Origin: a virus | DNA length: 47,461 bases | Reading direction: 5' to 3' (one strand) | UHGV virus genome: UHGV-0210064 | Shown here: positions 38,383 to 47,136 of the stretch, piece after piece | Layout of the letters: every line of letters begins with the position of its first letter | Numbering within the stretch: the first letter of the stretch is position 1 | Translations under genes and position numbers: made by a program | The notes under the pieces: generated by a model | What the model was told of the DNA's origin: nothing | The model's database searches: none | The model's input: the letters and a program-made list of their open reading frames with translations, nothing else

Positions 38383-38699
38383 TGGGATTTCCTTCACCGG
38401 CGTCCGACTACGTCGAGCAGCGACTGTCCGTTAACTCGATCTGCAATGTCGGCCCAAACACGCTAGTTTTCGAGCGATCTGGTGGTTACGTTGTACTGGA
38501 TATCTCCCTGAAGCCAAAGCAGGGTAGTCAGATTCTGATCCAGCACGGCGGCGGGATGGAGCTTGCCAAGCTGAGAGGAAGGTCACTGATTACCGAAGAT
38601 GGTGAAGCGATCGAGGGCGAAGCCCTGGACGATGTTACTGTCATCGGCGTCGTGACGTTTACTATCTGCGATGTGCGCCAGGACAATGCGGTTGTTTAG
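38382..38699 (+). CDS. UmuD'-like protein (S24-peptidase fold, begins at the equivalent of the UmuD cleavage site, nucleophile motif degenerate)
   Basis: MGFPSPASDYVEQR... aligns with UmuD starting at G25 (C24^G25 is the cleavage site). GDSM is replaced by SGGY. No umuC gene follows. Confidence 0.6.
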   Translation: MGFPSPASDYVEQRLSVNSICNVGPNTLVFERSGGYVVLDISLKPKQGSQILIQHGGGMELAKLRGRSLITEDGEAIEGEALDDVTVIGVVTFTICDVRQDNAVV

Positions 38700-38930
38700 T
38701 TGCTGTCAATTGATGGAAGATTTCGCGTGGCAGGCGTCTTGGGGCATGGGTGGGGCATGAGAAATCAGTGAATTTCGCCAAACATTGCAAACAACTTATG
38801 TTGGATGCTATCTCCAGCCATTAAAAATGGCGCTCCTGGACGATATTTGTCGATTTTTAAATTTCCAGCGTCACCGTGGTGATATGACGAGAGTGATTAA
38901 TTACCTTGTTGATATATAAGCTTATTGTTC

Positions 38931-40193
38931 TCAAATAACTATGCATTGGGGCATGGATGGGGCAAAGTCCGATAATTTCTGGTTCAACATAGCAATCTGA
39001 TCGCTGTTACTGTCGGCCATCCAGGCGCCGTAGACATTGAAAACCATTTGGGCGCTTGTGTGCCCCATCTGGCTCGCAATGAAGCTGGGGTTGGCCCCGG
39101 CTGACAGTGACCAGCAGGCATAAGTGTGTCTGGACTGATATGCTTTGCGATGCCTTAAACCAGCTCGTTTCAGCGCCGCCTCCCATGAGTCACCAATTGA
39201 ATCAACCTTGTAATGATAACCAACGTTACTGCTTTTTCTGACCAGCTGAGGATTGAACACAAATGTACAGTCATGAATAGCCGTTCGGCCATACTCCCGT
39301 AGTTGTACCTCAATCTGATACTGCTTTCCCAGTCTGGTCATTTCCGCCTGGTTCCTCAAAGCGTCAATGGCTGGTTTGATCAGATGCACGACCCTGTCGG
39401 TGCCGGCTTCGGTTTTTGGTGGAGTGAAATCACCGAGTTTCGTATAATTTCGGCGTATGGTCATCGTTCCAGCTTTCAGATCTATGTCTTCCCATGCAAG
39501 GGAGACCAACTCACCGTGGCGTAATCCTGTGTAAACCGCAACGGACCACAGGTTTTTCGTTTGCTGATGCGGGCAGGCATCTATGAAACGAATAAATTCG
39601 TCACGAGTGAGTGGATCAGGTTCTATCCTGGCCCTTTTAAGCGGCCTGATTCCGTTAAATGGGTTTTCCCGGATATAACCATTATCAGCGGCAAACTGAA
39701 ACATGCCCGCCATGGTGGTCATGTAATAGTTTGCTGTCGCCACACTCAAACCGTTCTTCACCGATCCCGCCGACAACATATCTTTCCTGACATACAACAG
39801 ATCTTCCCTGTTCACGGATGAAGCAAGCTTGTTTCCACCAATCCTCAGCAGCATATTCCTTACAACCGATTCATATCGGTCCAGAGCATTAGCGCAGATC
39901 TCCAGCCGTTTCAGCTCCAGCCATTTTTCAGACAGAAATTTCACGGTGATATCTTTCTTGCAGATGCCGAAAGTTTTCAGGTTTGGCGAATTGGGGAATT
40001 GCGCCGCATAGTCAAAGGTCCCCATGCGGATAGCGAAACAAACTGACGTTCGCAGTTCCCCGGCCACCTTCCTGTTTTTAGCGGTGTCAGGGACACCGAG
40101 ATTTTCCCTGACACGCTTACCTTTAAAAATGAACCATATGCGGAGTGATTTTCCGTGGTTCTCAACGCCCGTTGGGTATGATTCTTTACTCAT
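38931..40193 (-). CDS. int: tyrosine integrase
   Basis: C-terminal R..HxxR..Y catalytic signature (HRKAYQSRHTYACW...MGHTSAQMVFNVYGAW). Confidence 0.85.
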   Translation of the reverse strand: MSKESYPTGVENHGKSLRIWFIFKGKRVRENLGVPDTAKNRKVAGELRTSVCFAIRMGTFDYAAQFPNSPNLKTFGICKKDITVKFLSEKWLELKRLEICANALDRYESVVRNMLLRIGGNKLASSVNREDLLYVRKDMLSAGSVKNGLSVATANYYMTTMAGMFQFAADNGYIRENPFNGIRPLKRARIEPDPLTRDEFIRFIDACPHQQTKNLWSVAVYTGLRHGELVSLAWEDIDLKAGTMTIRRNYTKLGDFTPPKTEAGTDRVVHLIKPAIDALRNQAEMTRLGKQYQIEVQLREYGRTAIHDCTFVFNPQLVRKSSNVGYHYKVDSIGDSWEAALKRAGLRHRKAYQSRHTYACWSLSAGANPSFIASQMGHTSAQMVFNVYGAWMADSNSDQIAMLNQKLSDFAPSMPQCIVI

Positions 40194-40235
40194 TTATCCC
40201 TCCCGACGTCCAGGAGCGTTGCAAGTTTACCTGTT

Positions 40236-40481
40236 TCATACCGCCCGATCACCCAATGGTTGCTTTTGCGCCTGAATCCATGCGTCTACCGCTTTGCGGT
40301 TGTACATGCATTCGCTGGTTGGCTTTGGCTCTCCTTCAGGGGAAACGTGCTTATACTCCCGGCCAAGCAGCCAGGATGATTTACGGGCCCGTGTAATAGT
40401 GCCGCGCTTCATCCCGGTGACCGCCATCAGCAAGTCCTCTGAAACCCATTCGTTTGGCTCGATCTGGATAATTGTCTGCAT
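40236..40481 (-). CDS. xis: excisionase-like protein
   Basis: 81 aa, adjacent to int. Motif resembles PF07825. Confidence 0.6.
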   Translation of the reverse strand: MQTIIQIEPNEWVSEDLLMAVTGMKRGTITRARKSSWLLGREYKHVSPEGEPKPTSECMYNRKAVDAWIQAQKQPLGDRAV

Positions 40482-40484
40482 TTA

Positions 40485-40700
40485 TCACCTCCGATGCTTA
40501 CCGCGCAATTCCTCTTCTTCTTGGCAATCAGCGCAGCGCTGGCAGCCAGCCACCAGTCCCCGGCGCCGCTCTGGTATCTCTTCCCCGCAGTCGCGGCAGT
40601 GAGTAGCTGAAACCGCCGCATGGTTGATGCGACATTTCGCAATGGCGGCTTCCCGCTGGAGTTCCTCTAACTCGTTGGCCTGATCAATGATTTCTGGCAT
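40485..40700 (-). CDS. TraR/DksA-family C4 zinc-finger protein
   Basis: CRDCGEEIP...CQRCADC motif. Confidence 0.65.
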   Translation of the reverse strand: MPEIIDQANELEELQREAAIAKCRINHAAVSATHCRDCGEEIPERRRGLVAGCQRCADCQEEEELRGKHRR

Positions 40701-40701
40701 G

Positions 40702-40920
40702 TCAGCGCTCCTTTATATATCCGTTCAAAATACCTATCTCCACATAGAGATGGCTTGGCGTTAACCCAAGCTGCTTTATCAGCGGCATGCATCCGTTGAG
40801 GATCGGTCGTGATATCTCGTCGCAACTTAAAGCGGGAGATGACCGCCGTTTTGCCTTAACCTCATCGTTAGCCCTGCGTGCGATGCTTCTGAGCGCATTT
40901 TTCTTTTCTTCTGGCGTCAT
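40702..40920 (-). CDS. hypothetical protein
   Basis: 72-aa ORF with overlapping stop and start. Confidence 0.35.
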   Translation of the reverse strand: MTPEEKKNALRSIARRANDEVKAKRRSSPALSCDEISRPILNGCMPLIKQLGLTPSHLYVEIGILNGYIKER

Positions 40921-41687
40921 GCTGCCTCCCGTTTCTTATTGAGGTGGGGTGCATTCGAAAGGAAAACGGCCTTTGCAAATCCCAGGGGAGTAGCACTGCG
41001 AATGTTGGCACGCTCGTCGCTGGGCGGACATTCGTGAATTCGGTTGTCCGGATACCAGTCAGTCACCAATCCGGCAAAGGACGTTCCGGATATGGCCTCG
41101 ATCGCCTTTTTCTTCGGCATCATGCGGCCGCAGGCCAGCTTCACGGCGTCGATAGCCGCTTCAACCATCGGGTGCATATTCTCTGCCGGCGCCTTGAAGC
41201 CGTTACCCGTCCAGAGGCATGTCTGCTTCGTGTAGTTGTCATCCGCGCACAGCCCAGTGAACTGGTACGGATGGAACGTGTAATCGGCAGAGCCGAAGAT
41301 GCTACTGAACACGCTCACCGGGTTTTCGAATGCCCACGGGCAGCCAGCCGCCAAGCCAACCATCCGGCATTGCTCAGCGACCAGCGCGGCCTTGCCCTGG
41401 AAATGCGGGTCTTTGGCGCGCTTGGACTCGAACCAGCGGGACCCGGAAACAGCCACGTCCGTGCATGGTGGGAAGCCGATGACGATGACGACGTTCTCAG
41501 AGCGGATGATCTGAGATAGCCTCGGCATCGCCTCAAGGATGGTTGCCGATATGCGCTCAACAGGACCGTCGATCGAAGTTTCAGGGTGCTGCGGGTCCAC
41601 CAGGACTGCGCGATAACCTGCTTCGACCCATGGCTCAGCCATGACGCCAGTGATATCGCACAGGCAGATAATGGTACCTTTGCTCAT
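40917..41687 (-). CDS. putative DNA methyltransferase (C5-cytosine-like PC and ENV motifs)
   Basis: GFPPCTDVAVSG and AFENP motifs. Confidence 0.4.
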   Translation of the reverse strand: MSKGTIICLCDITGVMAEPWVEAGYRAVLVDPQHPETSIDGPVERISATILEAMPRLSQIIRSENVVIVIGFPPCTDVAVSGSRWFESKRAKDPHFQGKAALVAEQCRMVGLAAGCPWAFENPVSVFSSIFGSADYTFHPYQFTGLCADDNYTKQTCLWTGNGFKAPAENMHPMVEAAIDAVKLACGRMMPKKKAIEAISGTSFAGLVTDWYPDNRIHECPPSDERANIRSATPLGFAKAVFLSNAPHLNKKREAA

Positions 41688-42211
41688 GCTGCCTCCAGAT
41701 TCCCGATCCGCTTTAACTCAGCCAGCGATACAGTCGTGATGATGTGTCGCGGGGTGATGTACGGACGCCAGATAAACAGGAGCGAGCCTTTGGGGTTGCT
41801 CTGGCGCTTTCCTGTAACGGATGCCGGAACAAACTGAACACGGCCGCCGGTTATGAGTCTGAGTTCATCAGCTGATTGCATGGCTGAAATAAACCAGCCA
41901 GTAGAGATGTCAGCAGGTAACAGCATCACTACGGCCTGAGATTGCGCCCGGGATTGTTCAGCAGCTTTTTCCACCCATGGACCGATATCGGAATAGGGCG
42001 GGTTACACCATATCGCGCCGCATGACATCCATTCGCTGTTCAGCGAGTCATCCAGCTCAGTGAGATAGTGAGCGCATAGCGCATTACTCTCAGAGGCTGC
42101 AGCATCCAGCCAGAAGCCAAACTCGCGGTCGAGCGCGTTGAAAATTTCAATCGGCGTTTGCCAGTAGTCACGTTCATTTTTTGGAGTTTTCGATCCGCCG
42201 AAATCAGTCAT
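41684..42211 (-). CDS. DNA N6-adenine methyltransferase (phage Dam, PF05869-like)
   Basis: NPPY motif (WCNPPYSD). Confidence 0.65.
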   Translation of the reverse strand: MTDFGGSKTPKNERDYWQTPIEIFNALDREFGFWLDAAASESNALCAHYLTELDDSLNSEWMSCGAIWCNPPYSDIGPWVEKAAEQSRAQSQAVVMLLPADISTGWFISAMQSADELRLITGGRVQFVPASVTGKRQSNPKGSLLFIWRPYITPRHIITTVSLAELKRIGNLEAA

Positions 42212-42239
42212 TGCGCACCTCTTTTCGTGTCTGCCTTTC

Positions 42240-42863
42240 TCATGCGGCATGGTCGTGGTTTTTTATGCTGGAAATCTCTTTCTCCAGATCTTCCAGGAAC
42301 TTTTTCACTTCGGACTGAATCTCATTTGCCAGTGCTTCGTCGAAGTGAATGCGCTTTTTGAAATAGGCGAGGTCTGGCGGTAGACGATCGTCGAAACTAA
42401 CGAAATCACACCATTTGCGCCCTGTGCACATCATCTGAGCGTGCATCTGCAACAGGTACTGGCGTTTTGGCTCGCCAGTTTTTAAGGTCTCAAGATGAGT
42501 CCAGGTGTTGGGGCACTTAATTTCGATAAGCCCATCACCATTAACAAGCCCATCAGGGCTTGCTGCGAATCCTGGTATAGTTGGGTGATCGATAAGCCCC
42601 ACCTCAGTGATTTCGGCATCGAACTCATTCAGCGCATACATCTCGCGTGCTACCGGCTCGAGTTCTGTTCCGCGTATCATTGCGGCGTTGGAGAAACCTT
42701 CTTCAAGCTTCCCGGTGAGGCGCTGGCAAATCAGCTCGGCCATGTAGTTCTGTCGGCTTGCTGCATAGCCAGACTTGGTTCTGGCCATGACGTCAGCAAG
42801 GCGGCTGGCTGTGACTTTTCCGCAGCGAGCGGCAAACCATTCTGGGGTGCGTTGTTCCATCAT
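42240..42863 (-). CDS. YqaJ-type 5'-3' exonuclease (PD-(D/E)XK)
   Basis: Motif pattern ...GLIEIKCP... Adjacent to recT. Confidence 0.75.
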   Translation of the reverse strand: MMEQRTPEWFAARCGKVTASRLADVMARTKSGYAASRQNYMAELICQRLTGKLEEGFSNAAMIRGTELEPVAREMYALNEFDAEITEVGLIDHPTIPGFAASPDGLVNGDGLIEIKCPNTWTHLETLKTGEPKRQYLLQMHAQMMCTGRKWCDFVSFDDRLPPDLAYFKKRIHFDEALANEIQSEVKKFLEDLEKEISSIKNHDHAA

Positions 42864-43606
42864 TTATCCTCCGGCGCTGCGGCATCGACAGGTTCTGCGT
42901 TGTCGACTGCAAGGCTCATGTCATACATGCGACGCTTCTCAACCGCGCCGATAACCTGTTTCTCTTCTGCGCTTAACGCAACCCAGAATTCCTGGTACTT
43001 AACAGTTCCAAGGCGTGCGGCAGACTCGCCTTTTGCGATCAGTTCGGGGCGACGACCATCCGACTCATGCCCTACATGAACCTCTGCCGTACTCCCTTCA
43101 ATGACACGCTCGGCTTCGTCCTGATCGAAGATGCCAGCAAACCCAAATGCGAGACGCGCACACTGGATCAGCGTCTTGTGACGAAGCATACGGGTAGGGT
43201 GGGACTGCCATGGCTGAGTGTTGCGTTTGCACTCTCCCATGTACTCAGTAACGATGGTCGGGTGTGTCCGGTCTTTCCGGTATATCTTGCAGGTACACGC
43301 GCCTTCTTCCTTGTCGTAGGCAAACTCCATTCCATCAAACTGAGGATGTTCGTTGATGATTCGAGCCCAGCCGTCAACGCCGACCACTGGAACAATTCCG
43401 CCTTTATCCGGGAATGCATAAATCTCCTTCGTCCACGGATTTAGTCCGTACTGGTTGGCGACGATCAGCAGTGCCGTGAACTGCTCATCAGTGACATTCC
43501 CACCCTTAAATGCTGTATTTTTCAGAGTGTTCATCAGGTCAGTTCCGGCATCCATGCCGAGGCGGGAGGCAAGCTTCCCGGCCATTGTAGAAAGTGCTGT
43601 GCTCAT
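42860..43606 (-). CDS. recT: RecT-family single-strand annealing protein
   Basis: RecT motifs NPWTKEIYAFP, GGIVPVVGVDGW. Confidence 0.8.
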   Translation of the reverse strand: MSTALSTMAGKLASRLGMDAGTDLMNTLKNTAFKGGNVTDEQFTALLIVANQYGLNPWTKEIYAFPDKGGIVPVVGVDGWARIINEHPQFDGMEFAYDKEEGACTCKIYRKDRTHPTIVTEYMGECKRNTQPWQSHPTRMLRHKTLIQCARLAFGFAGIFDQDEAERVIEGSTAEVHVGHESDGRRPELIAKGESAARLGTVKYQEFWVALSAEEKQVIGAVEKRRMYDMSLAVDNAEPVDAAAPEDK

Positions 43607-43622
43607 AGAATTCCCCTCAAAG

Positions 43623-43913
43623 TTAAAACGGGCAGCCGGTGCGGTGATCCCAGTCGTATTCCGCCTGGGCGTAAGCTACTGCCGAGATGAGATCGTTATA
43701 TGCCTCGCCAGCTGCATCGCTGCGGAGGCCTTCGTATGGGCTTTTGTCCATTGGTACAGAGAAGCGGAACAGGCCTGACGGCTCTTTCGGCAGGGCGTCG
43801 ATAATTTCCTGCGCCCGATCGTCAATCCACTTCTGCTTCTCTTCGGTCAGCGTTTGCTCGGCCCACTTACGCTCTTCAATCACGTCATATGCGCGGTATG
43901 CGTTCATAAGCAC
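43623..43913 (-). CDS. hypothetical protein
   Basis: 96-aa ORF. Confidence 0.35.
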   Translation of the reverse strand: MLMNAYRAYDVIEERKWAEQTLTEEKQKWIDDRAQEIIDALPKEPSGLFRFSVPMDKSPYEGLRSDAAGEAYNDLISAVAYAQAEYDWDHRTGCPF

Positions 43914-43914
43914 C

Positions 43915-44886
43915 TCAGTAACTGATCCCGGTGTGCGGGATGTTTCCGTCTTTAATCTCGGTGAGCACCTCGATAGCCTGATCCCGGGTAAGGCTGGTAT
44001 TGGCCACCAGGGCTTTGACGATGTCAGTGCCGACAGTTTTGCGGTGCTTCACGTCGGCTTCGCGGCGCGCCTGCTCATCTGCTTTGCGCTTCTCTTCAGC
44101 CAGTCGGGCCTGTTCGCGTTGCTCTGCCTCGCGGCGGATGCGATCGGCTTCTTCCTGTGCTTTGCGGCGTTCCGCTTCAACAGCGGCCTGCTTTTCACGC
44201 TCAGCACGTTCAGCTGCTTCTCGCTGTTCGCGTTCTGCGCGCTCTTTGGCCAAAATCGCCTCACGCTCTCTGGCTGCAGCGGCGTCAATTTCACGCTGCG
44301 CTTGTTCTTCCGCTTCACGTTTCGCTTTCTCTTCTGCCCGGCGCTTAATCTCTTCTTCGCGGGCAATGAGCTGGCGTTCTGCTTCTGCCTTCTTCTCGGC
44401 CTGAACACGGTCGAAAGCGTCATTCATCAGCAGGGCTATTTCGTGGTCAGACTCAATCCGAGCAGCCAACTGCCGATCGAAGTCTTCATTCATGGCCAGC
44501 GCTTCGGCATGAAGTGCGTTCATGGCTTCTTCGGCCTTAATGCGTTCCTGTTCGGCTTCCCATTCGGTCAGCGGCTTACGTGTCGCATCGCGCAGTTCGT
44601 CACATGCGTCAACGAACCGCTTAATTTCCGCCTCAGCAGGGCGCACAGCCTCTTTAAGGCGTTTCAGGTACTCGCGCCCCGGCTTTTCGATTGCCGTCTT
44701 GCTGCGTGATACCTGCGCCGCCAGAGAAGCAACACGGTCACGACCTTTCTTGGTGGTCAGGTCCGGAACCTCGTTCACGGCCTGGCGAATCTGCTCAAGG
44801 TAAGCGTCAAGACCGCCAGCCCGGTACAAAGCTGGCGCCTGCTCTGGCTTTATTTCGATAACGGTTAAATCCATTATTTCGCTCAT
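43915..44886 (-). CDS. DUF1351-like protein with long E/R/A/K-rich coiled coil
   Basis: Start chosen at MSEIMDLTVIEIK. Repetitive charged helix. Confidence 0.45.
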   Translation of the reverse strand: MSEIMDLTVIEIKPEQAPALYRAGGLDAYLEQIRQAVNEVPDLTTKKGRDRVASLAAQVSRSKTAIEKPGREYLKRLKEAVRPAEAEIKRFVDACDELRDATRKPLTEWEAEQERIKAEEAMNALHAEALAMNEDFDRQLAARIESDHEIALLMNDAFDRVQAEKKAEAERQLIAREEEIKRRAEEKAKREAEEQAQREIDAAAAREREAILAKERAEREQREAAERAEREKQAAVEAERRKAQEEADRIRREAEQREQARLAEEKRKADEQARREADVKHRKTVGTDIVKALVANTSLTRDQAIEVLTEIKDGNIPHTGISY

Positions 44887-44974
44887 GGTTCCCCCTGAAA
44901 TTTGGTTGTAAGAATCCCCGGCGCGATGAAAGCCGCCTGATAGCTCAGTTAAATTCGTGCGCTGATATGCGCGG

Positions 44975-45169
44975 TTAATGCGTCCCGGCTGGAACCAGGT
45001 TCGGCTCGATACTGCGTGAAGCGTATGGCCGGCGGATGTGGCGCAGATTTCCCTGCGGCTCATGCCAGTAGCTGCCGTCGCGATAGTCGAAGCTGACCAG
45101 CCAGGCGGCGCCGGTGCGGCGATTGCGCATCATCACGGCGCGTCCGCTGTTAGGAATTGAGTTAGCCAT
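44975..45169 (-). CDS. hypothetical Arg-rich protein
   Basis: 64 aa. Confidence 0.3.
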   Translation of the reverse strand: MANSIPNSGRAVMMRNRRTGAAWLVSFDYRDGSYWHEPQGNLRHIRRPYASRSIEPNLVPAGTH

Positions 45170-45272
45170 TGAACACCCCCGTAGCGTGCAGAATTTTGAT
45201 AACCACCGCTGTCCAGATAACGCCGCAGATCAGCAGGCAGTAAATCAGTGAACGAATGCCTTGTTTGCTCAT
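45162..45272 (-). CDS. small hydrophobic peptide (36 aa)
   Basis: Found by hand translation: MSKQGIRSLIYCLLICGVIWTAVVIKILHATGVFNG. Overlaps its neighbours via ATGA. Confidence 0.35.
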   Translation of the reverse strand: MSKQGIRSLIYCLLICGVIWTAVVIKILHATGVFNG

Positions 45273-45376
45273 TTTCCACCCCAGCATGCGAAGCTAAAAA
45301 AGAGGACAGCAACCAAAAACGGAACGACCTTTAACCAAAAATTACGCCATGCAGGCTTGTCTTCTTCGCGGATCAT
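45269..45376 (-). CDS. small hydrophobic peptide (35 aa), first ORF downstream of PL
   Basis: MIREEDKPAWRNFWLKVVPFLVAVLFFSFACWGGK. RBS aaggtg. Confidence 0.35.
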   Translation of the reverse strand: MIREEDKPAWRNFWLKVVPFLVAVLFFSFACWGGK

Positions 45377-45455
45377 CTCTTCACCTTTGCCTTATCGCGG
45401 CTAACGGGACGTTTTGACTTCACCCCGGCGTTGCCGGTGTTGTTTGGATGAGATG

Positions 45456-45497
45456 ATAATACTCCGGGTATTATTTTATATCAATACCGCTAGTATT
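45456..45497 (-). promoter_or_regulatory. PL promoter (minus strand TTGATA-17-TATTAT) with two operator sites AATAC-N5-GTATT
   Basis: Operators at 45458-45472 and 45483-45497 overlap the -10 and -35 elements. Confidence 0.5.
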
Positions 45498-45596
45498 ATG
45501 AAATTTAATAAAACTACTAAAGGTATGATTTTAAAGTTGATTTATTTTTGTAAAGAGTGCTGTTATGCTCAAAAAACATCATAAAGGGGTGTTGGC

Positions 45597-45800
45597 ATGT
45601 CGAATGAGGATGAGTTTTTCGCAGAAATGCATCCGCAGATAGCGCAGATTATCGGGATAGCGGTTATGCAGCTGCTGGTTGAGAAGCGCGAGCCATCAAG
45701 AGAGGCGTTGATAGAGATGATTCAGATGTTGTGGCAGGGTGACCAGGTAGATCTGCCTGTGGAGCTGGCACTGGACGTGCTGATGCTGCGGGAAGAGTGA
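45597..45800 (+). CDS. hypothetical acidic 67-aa protein
   Basis: ATG with a RBS (aaagggg). The orientation is opposite to its surroundings. Confidence 0.3.
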   Translation: MSNEDEFFAEMHPQIAQIIGIAVMQLLVEKREPSREALIEMIQMLWQGDQVDLPVELALDVLMLREE

Positions 45801-45826
45801 TTCCTTAAACTATGATTAATATGGTT

Positions 45827-46231
45827 TTATTTTCTTGTTATAAGGGAGAGCAGCTTTTCTGAAGCGCGTATCGGCTTTGATAAGTCTCCTGCGATATAAG
45901 TATATTTATTGGTTTTTATCAGAACCTCTTCCCCTCTGTGTGAGCTTTCGAACTCATCAAATGCACTCATAAGATCACTGTTATCAATTTTTTTCCTAAT
46001 GTCAGAAAACCTCAATATATCAATTCGTTTTACTTGAGGATGAGAGAATTCTCCTCTACGCATATCATCAATATGGATTATCAATTTCTCTCTAATCGGT
46101 ATTGATACCTGATTCCACTCCTTTCTTTTTTCACCTTTTATGGCAAAGTAGTAGCTTATATAACCAGTTGCAGGAACTGCAATAGAGGCTACAATCATGG
46201 CAATTGTTGCAACGCAGTCGCTATATGTCAT
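45827..46231 (-). CDS. membrane protein in rexB-like position downstream of cI (candidate exclusion/abortive-infection factor)
   Basis: One N-terminal TM segment. AT-rich gene. Co-oriented with cI. Confidence 0.45.
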   Translation of the reverse strand: MTYSDCVATIAMIVASIAVPATGYISYYFAIKGEKRKEWNQVSIPIREKLIIHIDDMRRGEFSHPQVKRIDILRFSDIRKKIDNSDLMSAFDEFESSHRGEEVLIKTNKYTYIAGDLSKPIRASEKLLSLITRK

Positions 46232-46414
46232 GAGGTCTTCCTATGCCAGATGTATTTACATTTTCCGAAATGCTTTCAACAGTGGCGCTGGCAATATCTT
46301 TAACCAACGCTGTCTGGTTGTTCTTTTTTTGGTTGACAGTCAAGAGGATGTAATAGCGATTAACATCCTCTACAAATCAACCGTGCTTCCTGTACGTCTG
46401 CGGCATGCTGCCGA

Positions 46415-47125
46415 TCACACAAGCCTTAACTTAGTTTCTACGGCCACACCAATGATTCGACAGTTTCCGTTGATGGGAACCAATGGCCATTGAGGGTTTA
46501 AGCCCTTCAGGTACTTCTGGTCACCATCAATGATCAGTTTTTTAAATGTCGCCTCGTTTGATTCCGAGAGTTTTGCAATAACGAGGCTTCCGTTGACCGG
46601 CTCCCTTCCGGTATCAAAAAGAACATATGTACCCTCAGGTATGCTGAGCCCGACCGGGGCAGTCATGGATTCCCCCTCGACCAACAACCAGAACGCTTCC
46701 CCCTGGATGTGAGCGTCTGATTCGAGCCATAGATCGATATCTTTAAGTGCATACGGCTCGCACGCTTCAGACCAATTCCCAGCCTGAATCTTGCTTAATA
46801 CAGGGTATTTAATGCCTGGGGCGTACTGGCCTACATACTTGGCATTCGATGTAGCGGCAGCACTCATTGCAGATATTTCTTTCGCAAGGCTGGGGCTAAA
46901 ATCAGAGACATCCACCTGGAGGGCTCTGGCAAAAACAGCAGCCACGGCAGCATTAAGGGCATTCCTGCCATTCAGGTAATGCCCAACGCCACCCTGAGAT
47001 ATGTCTAGCATGTCAGCTATTGATTGCTGTGTGATCCCAAGCTCTTTTTTCTTGGCTTCATAGAGGGCTTTCAGCCTTTCTGCGTCAGCGATCTGAGCCG
47101 ATGTCAGTGTCTTTTTCTTTTCCAT
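46415..47125 (-). CDS. cI: CI repressor (lambda-like HTH plus S24 autopeptidase)
   Basis: Aligns along its whole length with lambda CI: QSGVG HTH, GESMTAP, FKKL. The ATG at 47123-47125 is preferred over the TTG at 47131. Confidence 0.85.
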   Translation of the reverse strand: MEKKKTLTSAQIADAERLKALYEAKKKELGITQQSIADMLDISQGGVGHYLNGRNALNAAVAAVFARALQVDVSDFSPSLAKEISAMSAAATSNAKYVGQYAPGIKYPVLSKIQAGNWSEACEPYALKDIDLWLESDAHIQGEAFWLLVEGESMTAPVGLSIPEGTYVLFDTGREPVNGSLVIAKLSESNEATFKKLIIDGDQKYLKGLNPQWPLVPINGNCRIIGVAVETKLRLV

Positions 47126-47136
47126 TTTCAAATAGT

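Noticed and set aside
43687-44709. 340-aa + strand ORF and several Ala/Arg/Ser-rich ORFs
   Set aside because: Frame artefacts of the repetitive GC-rich coiled-coil coding region of the DUF1351 gene on the minus strand.
46321-46369. TTGACA plus inverted repeat as a terminator or promoter between cI and the rexB-like gene
   Set aside because: The hairpin is not followed by a U-tract on either strand, and no properly spaced -10 was found. It is noted only as a possible regulatory hairpin.
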